In this document: positions 43,874 to 45,469 of the stretch, in pieces | Layout: each line of letters opens with the position of its first letter | Position numbering within the stretch: position 1 is the stretch's first letter | Source: Proteobacteria bacterium UBA6522 | Lineage (GTDB): Bacteria; Pseudomonadota; Gammaproteobacteria; Steroidobacterales; Rariloculaceae | NCBI GenBank assembly: GCA_002434915.1 | Contig: DJLG01000110.1 | Location: forward strand, 1,868 to 47,336 | DNA: 45,469 nucleotides | Reading direction: 5' to 3' | Notes under the pieces: generated by a model | What the model was told of the DNA's origin: nothing | Databases searched by the model: none | The model's input: only the letters and a program-made list of their open reading frames with translations | Program-made: the position numbers and the translations under genes

Positions 43874-45418
43874 TTACTCAATATTTTGATTTTGACGATA
43901 CTCATCCTGCACATCCTTTAAATGTTGAAGGTCTGCATTGTCTTCTAGGCAAGCCACTTCCAGTAGCTCTTCATCTTCTTGGTTAAACGGCATTTCTATA
44001 GTCCATGGGCGTGTATATGGAATTGGGTCAGATACGGTAGCTCGATAGATAATTTGGTTTTCATCTACTGGCGTAAATGTTTCCACGACAGTCTGCATAT
44101 GACTAACTACATCACCTACTTCATTAAGCCATGATTTTCCATTAAAGTTTTTTGATTCAACAATGAGCGTATCTTCTTCCCAATAACCGATAGAGTCACC
44201 TTGCCATAGGCGTATTGTATCCGGTAGAGAATGTTCGCCATTTAAAGCAATTCTTCGCCATGACATGCGTTCATGTAGAACAACTATATAGCCAGGGGGT
44301 TGTAGTATAAAAAATGGTGCTGGAACATAGTGTGAGCGCGGAACACCTGCTACAAAACAGTGTGCGGTAGGATCATCATATCCTCTATGTGGTAACTGAC
44401 GGTCTATTCTTTCGGATCTAGCCCATGTCTGATAGGGCAGAATCCCATCTATAGGATCAATGACTTGTCCTCTGCTCGGTGGGAGGAGGATCTCTCTCTC
44501 ATGTTCTTCTAATCCGTAATTTGCACCACCCGCATCAGCCATATAGTAACCCCCGATATTAGGTGTGCCATCTGAGAGCCGAGAAATCTCTTCAGTTACT
44601 GTTGGGAGCGGGATATTTTGACCAGCATTAGGGTCAAATGGTTCATTATTTGGAGGAATTAAAGCTGGATACCAGGTATTTTCATCTCTCTCAAAAGCAC
44701 CATTTTCCTCTTCTTTTTCTGCTTGGCACTGGTATTCAAGGATGCCATTCATGTGTTTTTGACGTTGTAGCTCTAATTGAATAGTCCAAGGGCGTGTAAA
44801 TACATTCTGATCTTCAATAGTCGCTTCATACTCGATAGTGTCTTTGTCGATCAGTCGATAACGTTCAACAACATGGATTTCATTACTATGAAAGTTTCCT
44901 GCTGCATCGAGCCATGTCTTATCGTTTTGATCTATAACTTCAACAACTAGAACATCTCCTTCCCAATGACCACGTGAGTTTCCCATCCAAGACTCAATTC
45001 CAGCATAGAGAGGGGGAGACCCATTTGTATAAATTAATCTATAGACTTGTTGCCACTCAAAAGTAATTGCAATGTGGTTAGTGGTTTGGAATATTTGGAA
45101 TGGAGATTCCATTGCCATAATTCTTGGCACACCTGGCAAGTAACAATTATTAAGTGGATCCATGGAAGCACGATTTTCAAAATTTTGAATCTTCTGCTCA
45201 GCTGCCCATGGTTGATAGGGGATTGTTCCACCATCAACGACACTTATGCCAGCTGGCATATCATGTCTAGCAACATGATCTTCAAGGTCAAAAGACGCGC
45301 GGTTAACTGGACGCCATATTCCTTGCAAATCAGGTTTTCCATCTGCATCACGAGGCAAGTTCTGCCCTGATACTGTCCCAGTAACTAATACTAGAAAAAT
45401 AAATAAATATGGTGACAC
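43874..45418 (-). CDS. Exported protein with two tandem L-type domains (L4a and L4b)
   Basis: The GTG start follows AGGA, and a signal peptide is present. The motif set occurs twice. First: GKPDLQGIW / NCYLPGVPRI / GHWEGDVLVVEV / TRPWTI / YQCQAE. Second: GTPNIGGYY / HCFVAGVPRS / GYWEEDTLIVES / TRPWTI / VACLED. Confidence 0.75.
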   Translation of the reverse strand: MSPYLFIFLVLVTGTVSGQNLPRDADGKPDLQGIWRPVNRASFDLEDHVARHDMPAGISVVDGGTIPYQPWAAEQKIQNFENRASMDPLNNCYLPGVPRIMAMESPFQIFQTTNHIAITFEWQQVYRLIYTNGSPPLYAGIESWMGNSRGHWEGDVLVVEVIDQNDKTWLDAAGNFHSNEIHVVERYRLIDKDTIEYEATIEDQNVFTRPWTIQLELQRQKHMNGILEYQCQAEKEEENGAFERDENTWYPALIPPNNEPFDPNAGQNIPLPTVTEEISRLSDGTPNIGGYYMADAGGANYGLEEHEREILLPPSRGQVIDPIDGILPYQTWARSERIDRQLPHRGYDDPTAHCFVAGVPRSHYVPAPFFILQPPGYIVVLHERMSWRRIALNGEHSLPDTIRLWQGDSIGYWEEDTLIVESKNFNGKSWLNEVGDVVSHMQTVVETFTPVDENQIIYRATVSDPIPYTRPWTIEMPFNQEDEELLEVACLEDNADLQHLKDVQDEYRQNQNIE

Positions 45419-45469
45419 AAGTTTTTCCTACTAAATCGTATGATAATTTCTTGCAGGAATATAGCAGGC

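Noticed and set aside
1-45469. Mobile elements, prophage, CRISPR, defence systems, and tRNA or rRNA genes.
   Set aside because: No transposase, integrase, recombinase or phage-like ORFs appear in the six-frame track. Reading the intergenic regions by eye, I noticed no direct-repeat arrays, long terminal inverted repeats or structured RNA genes.

Overview
This is a densely coding 45.5-kb segment, apparently chromosomal, from a Gram-negative (probably marine, moderately AT-rich) proteobacterium. By eye I found no rRNA, tRNA, CRISPR array, transposase, integrase or phage genes.

Recognisable content, in order:
- A 5'-truncated three-subunit molybdenum hydroxylase (2Fe-2S / MoCo / FAD).
- A copC-copD pair.
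- Two exported RidA-family proteins.
- A fused TRAP permease and an AGCS Na+/alanine symporter.
- Two TauD/TfdA dioxygenases.
- A CapA-like protein.
- A six-gene lipid-modification cluster: two CFA-synthase paralogs, DUF2878, DUF1295, an FAD oxidoreductase and DUF1365.
- An ALDH-MaoC-DUF1330-MFS operon.
- A peroxiredoxin and a cytochrome c/beta-propeller fusion.

A large share of the proteins carry Sec, lipoprotein or TAT signals.

Three things stand out:
1. A heavily expanded exported two-protein module of unknown function. The small 'S' protein has a mature N-terminus of His-His plus an NPH motif (5 copies). The large 'L' protein has C-x-PG-x-PR and G-x-W-E-G-D-x-L-I-V motifs (5 domains). 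The two occur as adjacent genes in both orders, once as an S-L fusion and once as a tandem L-L duplication.
2. A probable selenoprotein. Two same-frame ORFs are split by an in-frame TGA within the motif GIGD-U-GSCSSC (UxxCxxC, UGSC-type), and a hairpin follows the TGA.
3. A 56-aa hemP-like gene that falls below the ORF-track cutoff, with a Fur-box-like palindrome in its divergent promoter region.

All functional calls rest on motif recognition by eye. No searches were run.
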